Part shown: positions 47,964 to 58,900 of the stretch, in pieces
Position numbering within the stretch: position 1 is the first letter of the stretch
Layout: every line of letters starts with the position of its first letter
Assembly (NCBI GenBank): GCA_965214495.1
Contig: OZ243958.1
Location: forward strand, 1,301,989 to 1,365,988
Reading direction: 5' to 3'
DNA from: Alphaproteobacteria bacterium
Lineage (GTDB): Bacteria; Pseudomonadota; Alphaproteobacteria; UBA7887
DNA: 64,000 bases
The notes under the pieces: model-generated
Databases searched by the model: none
What the model saw: only the letters and a program-made list of their open reading frames with translations
Told to the model about the DNA's origin: nothing
Position numbers and translations under genes: made by a program

Positions 47964-50654
47964 TCAGAATCGGAGCCGCCAACCCGCCAGCAGGCCGAGC
48001 GAGGGCTCCGCGTCCACATGCCCCGGATGACGCGAAACATATGCCTCCGTCCGGGCCTCTCCGCCGAGCACGCCCGTCCGGCGCCAGCGCACCGCCAGAT
48101 CGACCTGTCTGCCCGACGGGACGAGATCGGCCAGGACCGACTCGTGCAGGACCGCGCCGTCCCTGGTGCGGCCGACCGGCAGCATGAGGCTCGCCCGCCC
48201 GTGTTCCAGCCGCGGCGGCTGAGACAGCGAGACCGTGATCTTGTCGTCGGCGGTCAGGCGTCGGTCGGCGCGGAGCGAAACCGCGCTCGTGGTCAGGCCC
48301 GACAGTTCGGCGACAACGCCGGCGCCGGCGCCGGGCGCGACCAGACCGATCTCGGCGTCGGCGGCGAGGCGCCACCTCGCGAAGCCGGCGCCGGCCTCGA
48401 GCCCGGCGACAAAGCTGTCCGCCGAGAGCCGGCCGAACGCGCCGTCGGCCGCAGAGCCCAGCATGGCTTCCTGCTCGCTGATCCAGCCGAGGCGCACGCC
48501 GAACCACCCACCCGGCGGCCGCCAGGCCAGCACGGCGCCTGTTTCCGGCGTCTGCTGTTGGAGCATGCCCGCAGTGGTGAACGCCGTCGCCTCGAGGCCG
48601 TTCTGCGCCCTGAAGGTAAGCGTTGCGGCGTTCTCGGCCAGGTTGAGCAGGCTGCTCTCCGCGTTCGCCGGCGACTCGTGGAAACCCAGGCGCCACCGGC
48701 CCCGATCGACGGCGATACCGCTCCGGCCGAACGCCAGCCGCGTGCGGCCCGGCGCCGAAGCGCCCGCGTCCGGTCCCGGAGCCATGAGATCGCGCAGCCG
48801 CGCCATCGTCGACAGACCGCTCGCCACCCTGACGAGGTCTGAAAGATCGTACCAGAACGGCGCCCCCAGCGCGTCGAACGCGGCGATCTCGCGCCCGGCC
48901 AGGGAGCGCGAAAGCCCGTCGCCGAGCGCGCCGCTCAGAAGGACACGGGTGACGCGCACGCTGTGGCCGGCGTCGCCGACGCGGAATCCGGTCGTAATCG
49001 TTGTCTCGCCCACCGGCCAGACCGCGGCGCCGAGGTCCATCAGCCCCTGGCCGTAAGTCGCCGTATCGGCATAGACGCCGGACTTGTTCGCGGTCGCGTA
49101 GAGCCGCGCAACCAGGTCCGTGTTCGACAACTGGCTGCGGAACATCTGCTTCATCGGCGCCAGCCCGCCTGTGACCATCGGCGCCGCGAACGACGTTCCG
49201 CTGAACGATTCGTAGTCCCGAACGATCGCGCCCTGGCGCGGCCCGAAGTAAGCGGCGCCGATCCCCACCCCGGGGGCGGCGATACACCAGTCCGCGGCGA
49301 TGCCGCAGCGGTTGGAGAAGCGCGCGATTTCGCCGTTCTCGCCAATCGCCACCACCGCGATGGAGTGGCCCTGCAGCTCCTCGATGCGCACCGCCAGGCC
49401 GGCATACAGATTGGGCGAGCTCGCATCGAGAAGGCCGGCGGGCCGGTCCAAATAGTCCGTCTCCCCGTCGCCGACGCAGTTGTCGGTACCCGGGCGGCAG
49501 AGGTCTGTATTTGAGTTTCCGGCGGACCAGACGAGGATCGTCTTGTCGGTCCGGTCGGCCTGGGCCATGACTTCGATGGTCTGCTGCATTGCGGCGCGCA
49601 GGGCCGGCACGTCGTCGTAGTTCTCGATCAGCCCCTCGACCCCGAAGCTCTGGTTCACCATGTCCGGGCCCTGCGAGAGCACGGCCCGATAGAGGTTCGC
49701 GTCGTCCGAATCGTACACGGCGAGGATGGCGAGGTCGATCGGCGAGAACGGCACGCCCGAAACCCCGCCGCTGCCGAGGGGAATCGCCGTCATCTGGAGC
49801 GCGGCCCAGGGCGCGACTCCTGTGTGCTGATGGCTGGCTCCCGGAACCGGGTTGCCCACGATGACGCTCGCGACGGCGGTGCCGTGCGAATAGCGCATGC
49901 CGGTTTCGTCAAAGGCGCCGGTAGTGAGAGTCTCGCTGACCGCTCCGCCCCGGAACGCGGGATGAAAGAGGTCGATGCCGGTGTCGATCACGCCCACGGT
50001 GACCCCGGCGCCCGGCTTCGCGTCGGCGCCGTGGAGAATCGGGATCGCCGCATGAGCCTGGTGCGTGTTGATCGTTCTCAGACCCCATTGCCCTTGCGAT
50101 CGAAACTCGGGCGCGGCGAGGAGCTCTGCGGCGGCCTTGTCCCGGATGCTCCTGAACTCCTCGATCGAGAGGCACCCGCGGTCGACAGTGTCGACGACGC
50201 AAGGATCCGGGTCAGGATCCGGTTCCGGGGGATCTGGCGTGGGCGACGGCGGATCCGGGGGATCTGGCGGTTCCGGCGTGGGCGACGGGTTCGGAGGATC
50301 CGGCGGTTCCGGCGTGGGCGCCGGGTTCGGAGGATCCGGCGGTTCCGGCGTGGGCGCCGGGTTCGGAGGATCCGGCGGTTCCGGCGTGGGCGCCGGGTTC
50401 GGAGGATCCGGCGGTTCCGGCGTGGGCGACGGGTCCGGGGGATCTGGCAGTTCCGGCGTGGGCGACGGGTCCGGAGGATCTGGCGGTTCCGGCACGGGCG
50501 GCGGCGAGTCCGGGACTTCCGGCGTCGCGGGCGTCCCGCTCGCCGAGCCGCCTCCCGAACCGCAGCCGGACAACGCGACCGCGAGCGACAGCATCGCAGC
50601 AAACGTAAAAAATGCGCCGTATCCGAGGCTTACGGTCTGACGCTCGTATTTCAC
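47964..50654 (-). CDS. Lipoprotein subtilase (S8) autotransporter with a proline-rich repeat region (SphB1/NalP-like), 896 aa
   Basis: It has a lipobox LSGC, about 8 copies of PTPEPPDPPNPA, an S8 triad (VGVIDTGID, HGTAVASV, GTSFAAPMVTG) and a C-terminal beta-barrel translocator ending …AGWRLRF. Confidence 0.8.
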   Translation of the reverse strand: MKYERQTVSLGYGAFFTFAAMLSLAVALSGCGSGGGSASGTPATPEVPDSPPPVPEPPDPPDPSPTPELPDPPDPSPTPEPPDPPNPAPTPEPPDPPNPAPTPEPPDPPNPAPTPEPPDPPNPSPTPEPPDPPDPPSPTPDPPEPDPDPDPCVVDTVDRGCLSIEEFRSIRDKAAAELLAAPEFRSQGQWGLRTINTHQAHAAIPILHGADAKPGAGVTVGVIDTGIDLFHPAFRGGAVSETLTTGAFDETGMRYSHGTAVASVIVGNPVPGASHQHTGVAPWAALQMTAIPLGSGGVSGVPFSPIDLAILAVYDSDDANLYRAVLSQGPDMVNQSFGVEGLIENYDDVPALRAAMQQTIEVMAQADRTDKTILVWSAGNSNTDLCRPGTDNCVGDGETDYLDRPAGLLDASSPNLYAGLAVRIEELQGHSIAVVAIGENGEIARFSNRCGIAADWCIAAPGVGIGAAYFGPRQGAIVRDYESFSGTSFAAPMVTGGLAPMKQMFRSQLSNTDLVARLYATANKSGVYADTATYGQGLMDLGAAVWPVGETTITTGFRVGDAGHSVRVTRVLLSGALGDGLSRSLAGREIAAFDALGAPFWYDLSDLVRVASGLSTMARLRDLMAPGPDAGASAPGRTRLAFGRSGIAVDRGRWRLGFHESPANAESSLLNLAENAATLTFRAQNGLEATAFTTAGMLQQQTPETGAVLAWRPPGGWFGVRLGWISEQEAMLGSAADGAFGRLSADSFVAGLEAGAGFARWRLAADAEIGLVAPGAGAGVVAELSGLTTSAVSLRADRRLTADDKITVSLSQPPRLEHGRASLMLPVGRTRDGAVLHESVLADLVPSGRQVDLAVRWRRTGVLGGEARTEAYVSRHPGHVDAEPSLGLLAGWRLRF
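50200..50520 (-). repeat. 36-bp tandem repeat (~8 units), in-frame and encoding PTPEPPDPPNPA
   Basis: GGATCCGGCGGTTCCGGCGTGGGCGCCGGGTTCGGA repeats with minor variants inside the autotransporter passenger N-terminus. Confidence 0.85.
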
Positions 50655-50855
50655 AGCAAAAAGGCCCGGCCCGGATTTCTCATAACATACAGGAGCATCG
50701 GCCCGCGAATCCTCAATATTTCTCCGGCTCGGTTCGCGAGCCGTATGCGTCCTCTCCCGGATCCGGCCGCCTCACGGCCGACCAATTTCAAACCGGGAAA
50801 TTACCAAGTCATCGCCTTGTTCGACAGGGTGAGAAATCCGGGCTAGATACGGCGC

Positions 50856-51317
50856 ATGCCCGGCTTCGAACGCGCCCTTGCCGACGATGCGGCGACAATG
50901 CGGCTCGGCGCGGCCGCCGCTGCGGTCTCCCGGACCGGCGACCTGATCGCGCTCGACGGCCCGCTCGGCGCCGGCAAGACCACCTTCGCGCGGGGTTTCC
51001 TGCGCGCCCTCGGCGTCACCGAAGAAGTCCCGAGCCCGACCTTCACGCTCGTGCAAATCTACGAACCGACGGTCGGTCCGGTGTGGCATTGCGACCTCTA
51101 TCGCATCGAACGTCCCGAAGACACGGCAGCGCTCGGCATCGAAGAAGCGCTCGACGACGCGATCATACTGCTCGAATGGCCGGAACGCATGGGCGCGCCG
51201 CCGCCGGCGCCGAGGCTCGACGTGCGGCTCACCTTTGCCGCCGGAGGGCGCAGAGTCCGGCTCGAAGGCCATGGCGACTGGGCGGCGCGCCTCTCCACGC
51301 TCGCCGATGACGCCTGA
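50856..51317 (+). CDS. tsaE: tRNA threonylcarbamoyladenosine biosynthesis ATPase TsaE
   Basis: P-loop GPLGAGKTTFARGF and the YjeE family fold. It overlaps amgK. Confidence 0.85.
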   Translation: MPGFERALADDAATMRLGAAAAAVSRTGDLIALDGPLGAGKTTFARGFLRALGVTEEVPSPTFTLVQIYEPTVGPVWHCDLYRIERPEDTAALGIEEALDDAIILLEWPERMGAPPPAPRLDVRLTFAAGGRRVRLEGHGDWAARLSTLADDA

Positions 51318-52296
51318 ACGCGGGGCGCGGATCTCCGCGTTCCTCGATGCCGAAGGCTGGGGCAGCGCGGCGCGGCGCCCCATCGCCGGGGATGCATCGT
51401 TCCGCCGCTACGAACGACTGACGGAAGGACCGCGCCATGCCCTGCTGATGGACGCGCCGCCGCCGCAAGAAGACGTGGATCCGTTCTGCGCCATCGCCCG
51501 CCATCTGACGGCGCAAGGCTACAGCACCCCGCGAATCTACGCCGAAGATGCCGCGGCCGGCCTGTTGCTGATCGAGGATTTCGGCGATCGCACGTTCACC
51601 CGGATGCTCGACGCCGGCGCCGACCCGACGCCGCTCTACGCGGCCGCGGTCGACGTGCTGGCGGAGCTGCATAGACACGCGCCGCCCCCCGGCCTCGCGC
51701 CGTACGATGAGGCCGCGTATCTCGCCGAGGCCGACCTGCTGATCGACTGGTTCCTGCCGGCGGTGGGCGAGACCGGCGCGTCAGCGCTCAGACAGAGCTA
51801 CCATGAGGCGTGGCGCGCGGTGCTGGGCGCGGCGGCGTATGGCAGGCGGGTTCTCGTGTTACGCGACTACCACGCCGACAACCTGATGTGGCTGCCCGAG
51901 CGGACGGGAGTCGCCCGCGTCGGTCTGCTCGATTTCCAGGACGCGCTGGCCGGGTCGCCGGCTTACGACCTGGTGTCGCTGCTCGAAGACGCACGGCGCG
52001 ACGTTTCGACCGCGCTCGTGGAAGCCATGACGGCGCGCTATCTTACGGTCCGGCCCGAACACGACCCGCGTATCTTCCGCGCCGCCTGTGACGTGCTCGG
52101 CGCGCAGCGCAACACCAAGATCGTCGGAATTTTCACCCGCCTGTGGAAACGCGACGGCAAGCCCGGATATCTCGACCTCATCCCCCGGGTCTGGCGCCTG
52201 CTGGAAAGCGACCTCGCGCGCCCGGCGCTGGTTCCGGTCCGCGCGTGGTTCGACACCCACGTCCCGCCGGCGCTGCGGCGCGCGCCGCAACCGTGA
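51307..52296 (+). CDS. amgK: Aminoglycoside-phosphotransferase-fold anomeric MurNAc/GlcNAc kinase (AmgK-like)
   Basis: It has the APH fold with …LRDYHADNLMWLP…LLDFQDA…. It sits in the conserved tsaE-amgK-murU order. Confidence 0.65.
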   Translation: MTPERGARISAFLDAEGWGSAARRPIAGDASFRRYERLTEGPRHALLMDAPPPQEDVDPFCAIARHLTAQGYSTPRIYAEDAAAGLLLIEDFGDRTFTRMLDAGADPTPLYAAAVDVLAELHRHAPPPGLAPYDEAAYLAEADLLIDWFLPAVGETGASALRQSYHEAWRAVLGAAAYGRRVLVLRDYHADNLMWLPERTGVARVGLLDFQDALAGSPAYDLVSLLEDARRDVSTALVEAMTARYLTVRPEHDPRIFRAACDVLGAQRNTKIVGIFTRLWKRDGKPGYLDLIPRVWRLLESDLARPALVPVRAWFDTHVPPALRRAPQP

Positions 52297-53006
52297 CTCC
52301 GCCGGATCGCGCTATGGTGCTTGCGGCCGGACGCGGTGAGCGCCTGCGGCCGATCACCGACAGGATTCCGAAGCCGTTGGTCGAAGTCGCCGGGCGCGCC
52401 ATGATCGACCGCACGCTGGACTCGCTGGCCGCGGCGGGCGTCACGCGGGCGATCGTCAATGTCTGCCACATGGCCGACCGGATCGAGGCGCATCTTGCAG
52501 ATCGAAGGCGGCCCTGCATCTCATTGTCGCGCGAGACCGCCTTGCTCGACACCGGCGGCGGTATCGTCCATGCGCTGGGACGTTTCGACGGCCGCCCGTT
52601 CTGCGTCGCCAACAGCGATGTTGTGATCTTCGACGGGATCGAGCCGGCGTGGCGGCGTCTTGCGCGGGCGTGGAACGGCGCCGCGATGGACGCGTTGCTG
52701 CTGCTCACCCCGTGCGCCGGCGCCACGGGCTATGACGGTCCCGGCGATTTTCAGTTCGACCGCAGGGGCCGTCCGCACCGGCGTTGCGAACGGGAGATCG
52801 CGTCGTTCGTCTTCGCCGGCTGGCAGATCCTCCACCCGCGCCTGTTCGACGACCCGCCGGCGGGCGCGTTCTCGCTCAACCTGCTCTTCGACCGTGCGCT
52901 GGCGAACGGCCGGCTCGCCGCCATCGTCCACGACGGAGCGTGGTTCCACGTCGGCACGCCGGCGGCGCTGCGCGCGGTCGAAACCGCGATCGCGAAACTG
53001 CTCTGA
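52293..53006 (+). CDS. murU: Sugar-phosphate nucleotidyltransferase (MurU-like N-acetylmuramate-1-P uridylyltransferase)
   Basis: MVLAAGRGERLRPITDRIPKPL is the nucleotidyltransferase G-rich loop. A GTGA start overlaps the amgK stop. Confidence 0.65.
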   Translation: MTPPDRAMVLAAGRGERLRPITDRIPKPLVEVAGRAMIDRTLDSLAAAGVTRAIVNVCHMADRIEAHLADRRRPCISLSRETALLDTGGGIVHALGRFDGRPFCVANSDVVIFDGIEPAWRRLARAWNGAAMDALLLLTPCAGATGYDGPGDFQFDRRGRPHRRCEREIASFVFAGWQILHPRLFDDPPAGAFSLNLLFDRALANGRLAAIVHDGAWFHVGTPAALRAVETAIAKLL

Positions 53007-55948
53007 TGGCCGGCGTCGTCACCATTCCCGCCGCCCACGGATTCGTCGAGGTGCTGGCCGACGCCCTGTTCGCGGAACACGGCGCCGATCCGCTGGCGCT
53101 CGCGCGCGTCACAGTCTTTCTGCCCACCCGGCGTTCGGCGCGCGCCCTGCGCGAGGCACTGCTGCGGCGCGGCGGCGGCGCGGCTCTATTGCCCCGCATC
53201 CGCCCGCTCGGCGATCTCGACGAAGATGAGGACGACGGCGCCGATTCGCTCCCTGTCGCGGCGCCGCCGGCGATCGGCGCGCTGGAACGCCAATTGCTGC
53301 TCGCCGAACAAGTGCGCGCCCTGCCGCCGCGCGCCGCCTTCGGTCCGGTCTCCGGCGCACAGGCGCTCGCCCTCGCCGCCGCCCTCGCGCGCCTGCTCGA
53401 CGAGATGCAGACGGCGCGGGTCGATTTCACCGCCCTCGACAGGCTCGTTCCCGAAGAATTCGCCGGGCATTGGCGCGAAACATGCGAGTTTCTCTCCATC
53501 GTCACCGCGCACTGGCCGCGGATTCTCGCCGCGCGCGGGGCGATCGATCCCGCCGACCGCCGCAATCGTGTCCTCTGTGCGCTGGCGGCGGAATGGCGCC
53601 GCGCGCCGCCCGAAACCCCGGTGATCGCGGCGGGATCGACCGGCAGCGTGCCGGCTACCGCCGACCTGCTGGCGACCGTGGCGAAACTGCCGCGCGGCCT
53701 GGTCGTGCTCCCCGGTCTCGACGCCGGCCTCGACGACGCGAGCTGGAACGCGCTCTCCGAAACCCATCCGCAATACGGCCTCAAGTTGTTGCTCGAGCGC
53801 CTCGAGATCGACCGCAGCACGGTCCCGTCGTGGCTGGCCCCGCCGCCACCGGATACGCCGCTCGGCGCGCGCGCCGCCCTGATCCGCGAAGCGATGCGTC
53901 CCGACCGGACCGTCGAAGCGTGGCGCGCGCTCGACTGGCTGGACCGGAGCGCGGTCGCGGGACTCGAACTCGTCGAATGCCCGGACGCGGAAGCCGAGGC
54001 CGAAGTCGTCGCGCTGGCGATGCGGCACGCGCTGGAAACGCCGGGACGCACGGCAGCGCTGGTGACGACCGACCGTGGCCTGGCGCGCCGCGTGCGCGCT
54101 GCGCTCCGCCGCTGGGCGCTGGACGTGGACGACTCGGCCGGGATTCCCCTCGCCGACACGCCCCCTGGCGTCTTTTTGCGCCTGATCGTCGAAGCGCTGG
54201 CGCGCGACGCCGCGCCGATTCCCCTGCTCGCTATGCTCAAACACCCGTTGAGTCGCGGCGGCATGAACCGGCTGGAGTTTCTCAACCTGGTCCGGCGGTT
54301 CGAGCGCCGCTGCCTGCGCGGCCCCCGGCCGGCGCCCGGCTTCCCGGGTCTGCGGAACGCGCTCGCGACGTCGTGGGCGCCGGAGCCGCCGCCGGAGGAA
54401 CTCGCGGTATGGTTCGACAGCCTCGCCGCCGCCGCCGCACCGCTGGCGCGCGCGCTCGCGCAAGACCGGGTGATGACGGTCGATCTGGTCGCCGCGCACA
54501 GGGAGTTCGCCGAGTGGCTGGCGACCGGCGAGGACGGCGCAACCGACCTCTGGGCACGGGAGGCCGGGCGCGCCTGCCGCGACCGCCTCGACGAACTCGC
54601 CGAAGCGGCCACCGGCCTGCCCGCCGCCGCCGGGCGCGACTACGCGGCGACCATCGACGCCGCGTTGAAGGGCATACCGATCCGCCCGGCGCGCGACCGG
54701 CATCCGCGGCTGTTCATCCGGGGCACGCTGGAAGCGCGGTTGCAGCGCGCCGACCTTACCGTTCTCGGCGGCCTCAACGAAGGCGCCTGGCCGGGCGAAC
54801 CGCCGGCGGACCCGTGGCTGAGCCGACCGATGCGCCGCGACCTCGGCCTTCCCGCACCCGAGCGCCTGATCGGCCTCGCCGCGCACGACTTCGCCCAGCT
54901 GGCCCAGGCGCCCGACGTGTTGTTGACCCGCTCCGAGCGAGTCGCGGGCGCGCCGAGCGTCCCCGCGCGCTGGCTGACCCGCCTGAAGGCGGTGCTCGAC
55001 GGGGCGGGGATTCGCCTCGCGCGAACCCCGTGGCTCGCATGGCGGCGCGCCCTCGACCGGCCCGACTCGCCGCCGGCGCCGATCCTCTCGCCGGCGCCCA
55101 GGCCGCCGCTCCACGCCCGCCCGCGCGAACTGTCGGTCACGCGAATCGAGGCGTGGATGCGCGACCCCTACGAGATCTACGCCCGATCCATTCTGGGCCT
55201 GCGGGCGCTCGACCCGGTCGATGCGAGCGCCGCGCAAGCCGAATACGGCAGCGCGGTTCACGAGGCGCTCAGGCGCTTCGCCGAAGAGACCCCCGGGCCG
55301 CTCCCGGCCGACGCGCTGCAACGCCTTCTCGCCATCGGCGAGGCCGCCCTTGTGGAGTCGGGTGCGACGGCGGGCGTGTTGTCGTTCTGGCGGCCGCGCT
55401 TCGCGCGCACAGCGGAGTGGTTCGTCGCGCAGGAACGGGTGCGGCGCGCGGCGGGCGTCGAGAGCCTGGTGGAGATCGACGGCGCGCTGGCGTTCGAGGC
55501 AGCGGGCGGCAAGTTCCGACTCACCGCTCGCGCCGACCGGCTGGACCTCGGGCCCGACGGCAGCGTGACCGTAATCGACTACAAGATCGGCCCGCCGCCG
55601 AGCGAGCGCGAAATGCTCGCCGGTTTCGCACCGCAACTACCACTGGAAGGCGCGATCCTGGCCGCCGGCGGCTTCGCCGGACTCGCCGCCGCCGCGCCGG
55701 TCGCGCTTCAGTATTGGCGCCTGTCCGGCGGCGATCCGGCGGGCGAAATCAGGGAACCGAAGAAGAGGAGCGCCGAAGCGCTGACCGAAGACGCGCTGAA
55801 CGGGCTGCGCGGCCTTGTCGATCTCTACGACGACCCGGAGACCGCCTATCTGTCGCGTCCGGCGCCGAAACATGCGCCGAAATACAGCGATTACGAGCAT
55901 CTGGCGCGCGTGGGCGAGTGGGGCTCCGCCGCCACCGAAGAGTCGTGA
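53006..55948 (+). CDS. addB: Double-strand break repair protein AddB (alphaproteobacterial type), ~981 aa
   Basis: The start ATG overlaps the murU TGA. It carries a C-terminal PD-(D/E)XK nuclease motif region and sits upstream of addA. Confidence 0.8.
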   Translation: MAGVVTIPAAHGFVEVLADALFAEHGADPLALARVTVFLPTRRSARALREALLRRGGGAALLPRIRPLGDLDEDEDDGADSLPVAAPPAIGALERQLLLAEQVRALPPRAAFGPVSGAQALALAAALARLLDEMQTARVDFTALDRLVPEEFAGHWRETCEFLSIVTAHWPRILAARGAIDPADRRNRVLCALAAEWRRAPPETPVIAAGSTGSVPATADLLATVAKLPRGLVVLPGLDAGLDDASWNALSETHPQYGLKLLLERLEIDRSTVPSWLAPPPPDTPLGARAALIREAMRPDRTVEAWRALDWLDRSAVAGLELVECPDAEAEAEVVALAMRHALETPGRTAALVTTDRGLARRVRAALRRWALDVDDSAGIPLADTPPGVFLRLIVEALARDAAPIPLLAMLKHPLSRGGMNRLEFLNLVRRFERRCLRGPRPAPGFPGLRNALATSWAPEPPPEELAVWFDSLAAAAAPLARALAQDRVMTVDLVAAHREFAEWLATGEDGATDLWAREAGRACRDRLDELAEAATGLPAAAGRDYAATIDAALKGIPIRPARDRHPRLFIRGTLEARLQRADLTVLGGLNEGAWPGEPPADPWLSRPMRRDLGLPAPERLIGLAAHDFAQLAQAPDVLLTRSERVAGAPSVPARWLTRLKAVLDGAGIRLARTPWLAWRRALDRPDSPPAPILSPAPRPPLHARPRELSVTRIEAWMRDPYEIYARSILGLRALDPVDASAAQAEYGSAVHEALRRFAEETPGPLPADALQRLLAIGEAALVESGATAGVLSFWRPRFARTAEWFVAQERVRRAAGVESLVEIDGALAFEAAGGKFRLTARADRLDLGPDGSVTVIDYKIGPPPSEREMLAGFAPQLPLEGAILAAGGFAGLAAAAPVALQYWRLSGGDPAGEIREPKKRSAEALTEDALNGLRGLVDLYDDPETAYLSRPAPKHAPKYSDYEHLARVGEWGSAATEES

Positions 55949-58900
55949 GCCGCGCCGACCGCGAACAGCGCCGCGCGGCGGACCCCGGCGCATCGGTCTG
56001 GGTCGATGCGTCGGCGGGTTCGGGGAAGACGACGGTGCTGGTCAACCGGGTGCTCCGGCTGTTGCTCGGCGCTGGCGCGAAGCCGGCGGTGCCGGAACGC
56101 ATTCTGTGCCTGACTTTCACCAACGCCGCAGCGGCGGAAATGGCCAATCGCCTGAACGACCGGCTCGCCGAATGGGCGGTAGCGAGCGACTCCGAACTGA
56201 CCGCCGCGCTGCGGGAATTTTCGGACGAAACTCCCGGTCCCGCGCTGCGCGCGGCGGCGCGGCGGCTGCTCGCGCGCGTGCTCGACACGCCGGGAGGAAT
56301 GCGTATCCAGACTGTCCACGCATTCTGCCAGTCGCTGCTGCGCCGCTTCCCCCTCGAAGCCGGAGTCCCACCGCATTTCGAGGTCATCGACGAACGCGCC
56401 GCCGGCGAACTGATGATCGACGTCCAGAACCGGCTGATCGCCAGCCTCGACGACGCAGGTCCGCGCCTCCGCGAAGCCATCGGGGTCGTGACCCGCAATG
56501 CGCACGAAGCCCGCATCGGCGAGTTACTCGACGAGCTCGCGAGCGAACGCGGGCGGCTGCGCCAGCTGGCCCGCGAGGCCGGCGGAATCGACGGGTTGAT
56601 CGCCCGAATGCACGACGCGGTCGGGATCGAACCCGGCGTGACCCACGAAGACATCACCCGCGCGGCCTGCGTCCCGGGCGCGGGCGCCGAGGATGCGCTT
56701 CGCCGCCTGGCGACGGCGATGGCTTACGGAGGGGTGAGGGATCGCGAGCGCGGCGGGCGCATCGCTGCGTGGCTCGCCGCCGACCGGGACGAGCGCGCCG
56801 CCGCGTTCGCCGACTATCGCCGCGCCTTCCTGAAAGAGGACGGCGAACCGCTTGTCAGAGTCGCCACGAAGGCCGTGATCGAGAGCGCGCCGTCGCTCGA
56901 GGGGACCGTCGCGGCGGAGCAGGCGCGCGTGGCCGCAGTCGAGGAAGACCGCAAGCGGGCCGTCGTCGCCGGCGCGACAGCCGCGCTGCTGACTGTGGGC
57001 GATGCACTGCTCGACGCTTATGAATCACGTAAACACGCCCTCGGCCAGCTCGATTTCGACGATCTGATCCTGGCGGCGCGCGATTTGCTGACCACCCCCG
57101 GCCGTGCAGAATGGGTGCTCTACAAGCTCGACGGCGGTCTCGATCACATCCTCATCGACGAAGCTCAGGACACCAGCCCCGACCAGTGGGAGGTGGTGCG
57201 GGCGCTGGCCGACGAGTTCCACGCCGGCGAAGGCGCGCGGGACGCTCCGCGCACCTTGTTCGCGGTGGGCGACCCCAAACAGTCGATCTACGGCTTTCAG
57301 CGCGCCGACCCGGAGAAGTTTACCGAGATGCGACGCTGGTTCTCCGGGCGGGCGCGGCGCGCCGGCCAGCGTTGGGAGGACGTGCCGCTCGACACCTCCT
57401 TCCGTTCGACCGCGCCGGTGCTGGCGGCGGTGGATGCGACGTTCGCCGCGCCCGACGCCGCGTCGGGCCTGATGTTCGACAACCGCCCGATCCGTCATCG
57501 GGCGCATCGCGCGACCCAGGCGGGGAGCATCGAACTGTGGCCGCCGACGGCGCCGGAGACGGCCGACCCCGCGCGGCCCTGGAAGCCTCCGGTCGAGCGC
57601 ATCGCTCCACCGTCGGCCGCCGAACGGCTCGCCGCCGAAGTCGCGCGCGAGATCCGCGACCTGTGTGACGGCGGACACCGCCTCGAAAGCCGCGACCGCG
57701 CGGTGCGGCCCGGCGATATCGTGGTGCTGGTGCGTAGCCGCAACCGGTTTCTCGACGAATTGGTGCGGCGCCTGAAGGCCGAGGACGTGGCTGTCGCCGG
57801 CGTCGATCGCCTGATGTTGACCGGCCATATCGCGGCGATGGATCTGATAGCGCTCGGTCGCTTCCTGCTGTTCCCGAGCGACGATCTGAGTCTGGCCGAG
57901 GCGCTCAAGAGTCCGTTGTTCGGGTTCGACGACGACGCGCTCTTCGCCCTCGCCCACGGACGCGAGGTCTCGCTATGGCGGCGACTGCGCGACGAAGCCG
58001 AATGCTCGCCGCTCTGCGCCGAAGCTGCGGAGCGCCTGCGGGAACTCCTTCGCCGCGCCGACCGGGTGACGCCGTGGGAGCTTTACGCCGACCTGTTGTC
58101 GGCGGGTGGAGGACGGCGCCGCTTCGCCGCCCGCCTCGGCGACGAGGCGACCGAAGTGCTCGACGAATTCCTCGCCCAGGCGATGGCGTTCGAGCGCGCC
58201 GCCCCGCCCGGCCTGCAAGGCTTCCTGCACTGGCTCGCCACCGGTGACGTCGAGGTGAAACGCGAGCAGGAGACCGGCGGCGACGCGGTGCGGATCATGA
58301 CCGTGCATGGCGCCAAGGGCATGGAGGCGCCCATCGTGTTCCTGCCCGACACCATGCACCCGCCGCGCACGATATCGCAGCTGGTCTGGAGCCCGGATGG
58401 CGACATGGCGCTGTGGCCGGTGCGCAAGCCGGATTGGGATCCTCTCTCCCGCGAGTGGCGCGCGGCGGCGAAGGAGCGCGATCGCGAGGAATATCGCCGC
58501 CTGCTCTACGTCGCGATGACCCGGGCCGAAGACCGCCTGGTGGTATGCGGATGGCGAAACCAGCGGCAGAAGACCGATAACGCCGACGCCTGGCGCGCGA
58601 TGGTAGCGCGCGGCCTCGCCGCCTGCCCGGATGCGCGCGAAGAGAAGAACGGGATCGTCGCCTTGCGGTCGCCGCGGACAGCGCCGCCGGATCGCACGGA
58701 GCGGGCGCGCCCCGACGCCGCCGACGACGCGCCGACGCCGCCCTGGCTGCGCGCGCCCCGCCCGCCGGAGACCGTAGCGGAGACGGTTTTCCCGTCCGTG
58801 CCGGAACCCGCCCGACAGCCCGAGGCCGAAGAGCGCGGGCGGCGGCTTCACGCCCTCCTTCAGGCGTGGCCGGCGCTGCCCGAGTCCGTCTCCGACGCCG

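Noticed and set aside
50200-50520. A regular 36-bp repeat tract, considered as a second CRISPR-like array
   Set aside because: It has no spacers. The units are contiguous and in-frame, encoding PTPEPPDPPNPA inside a protein.
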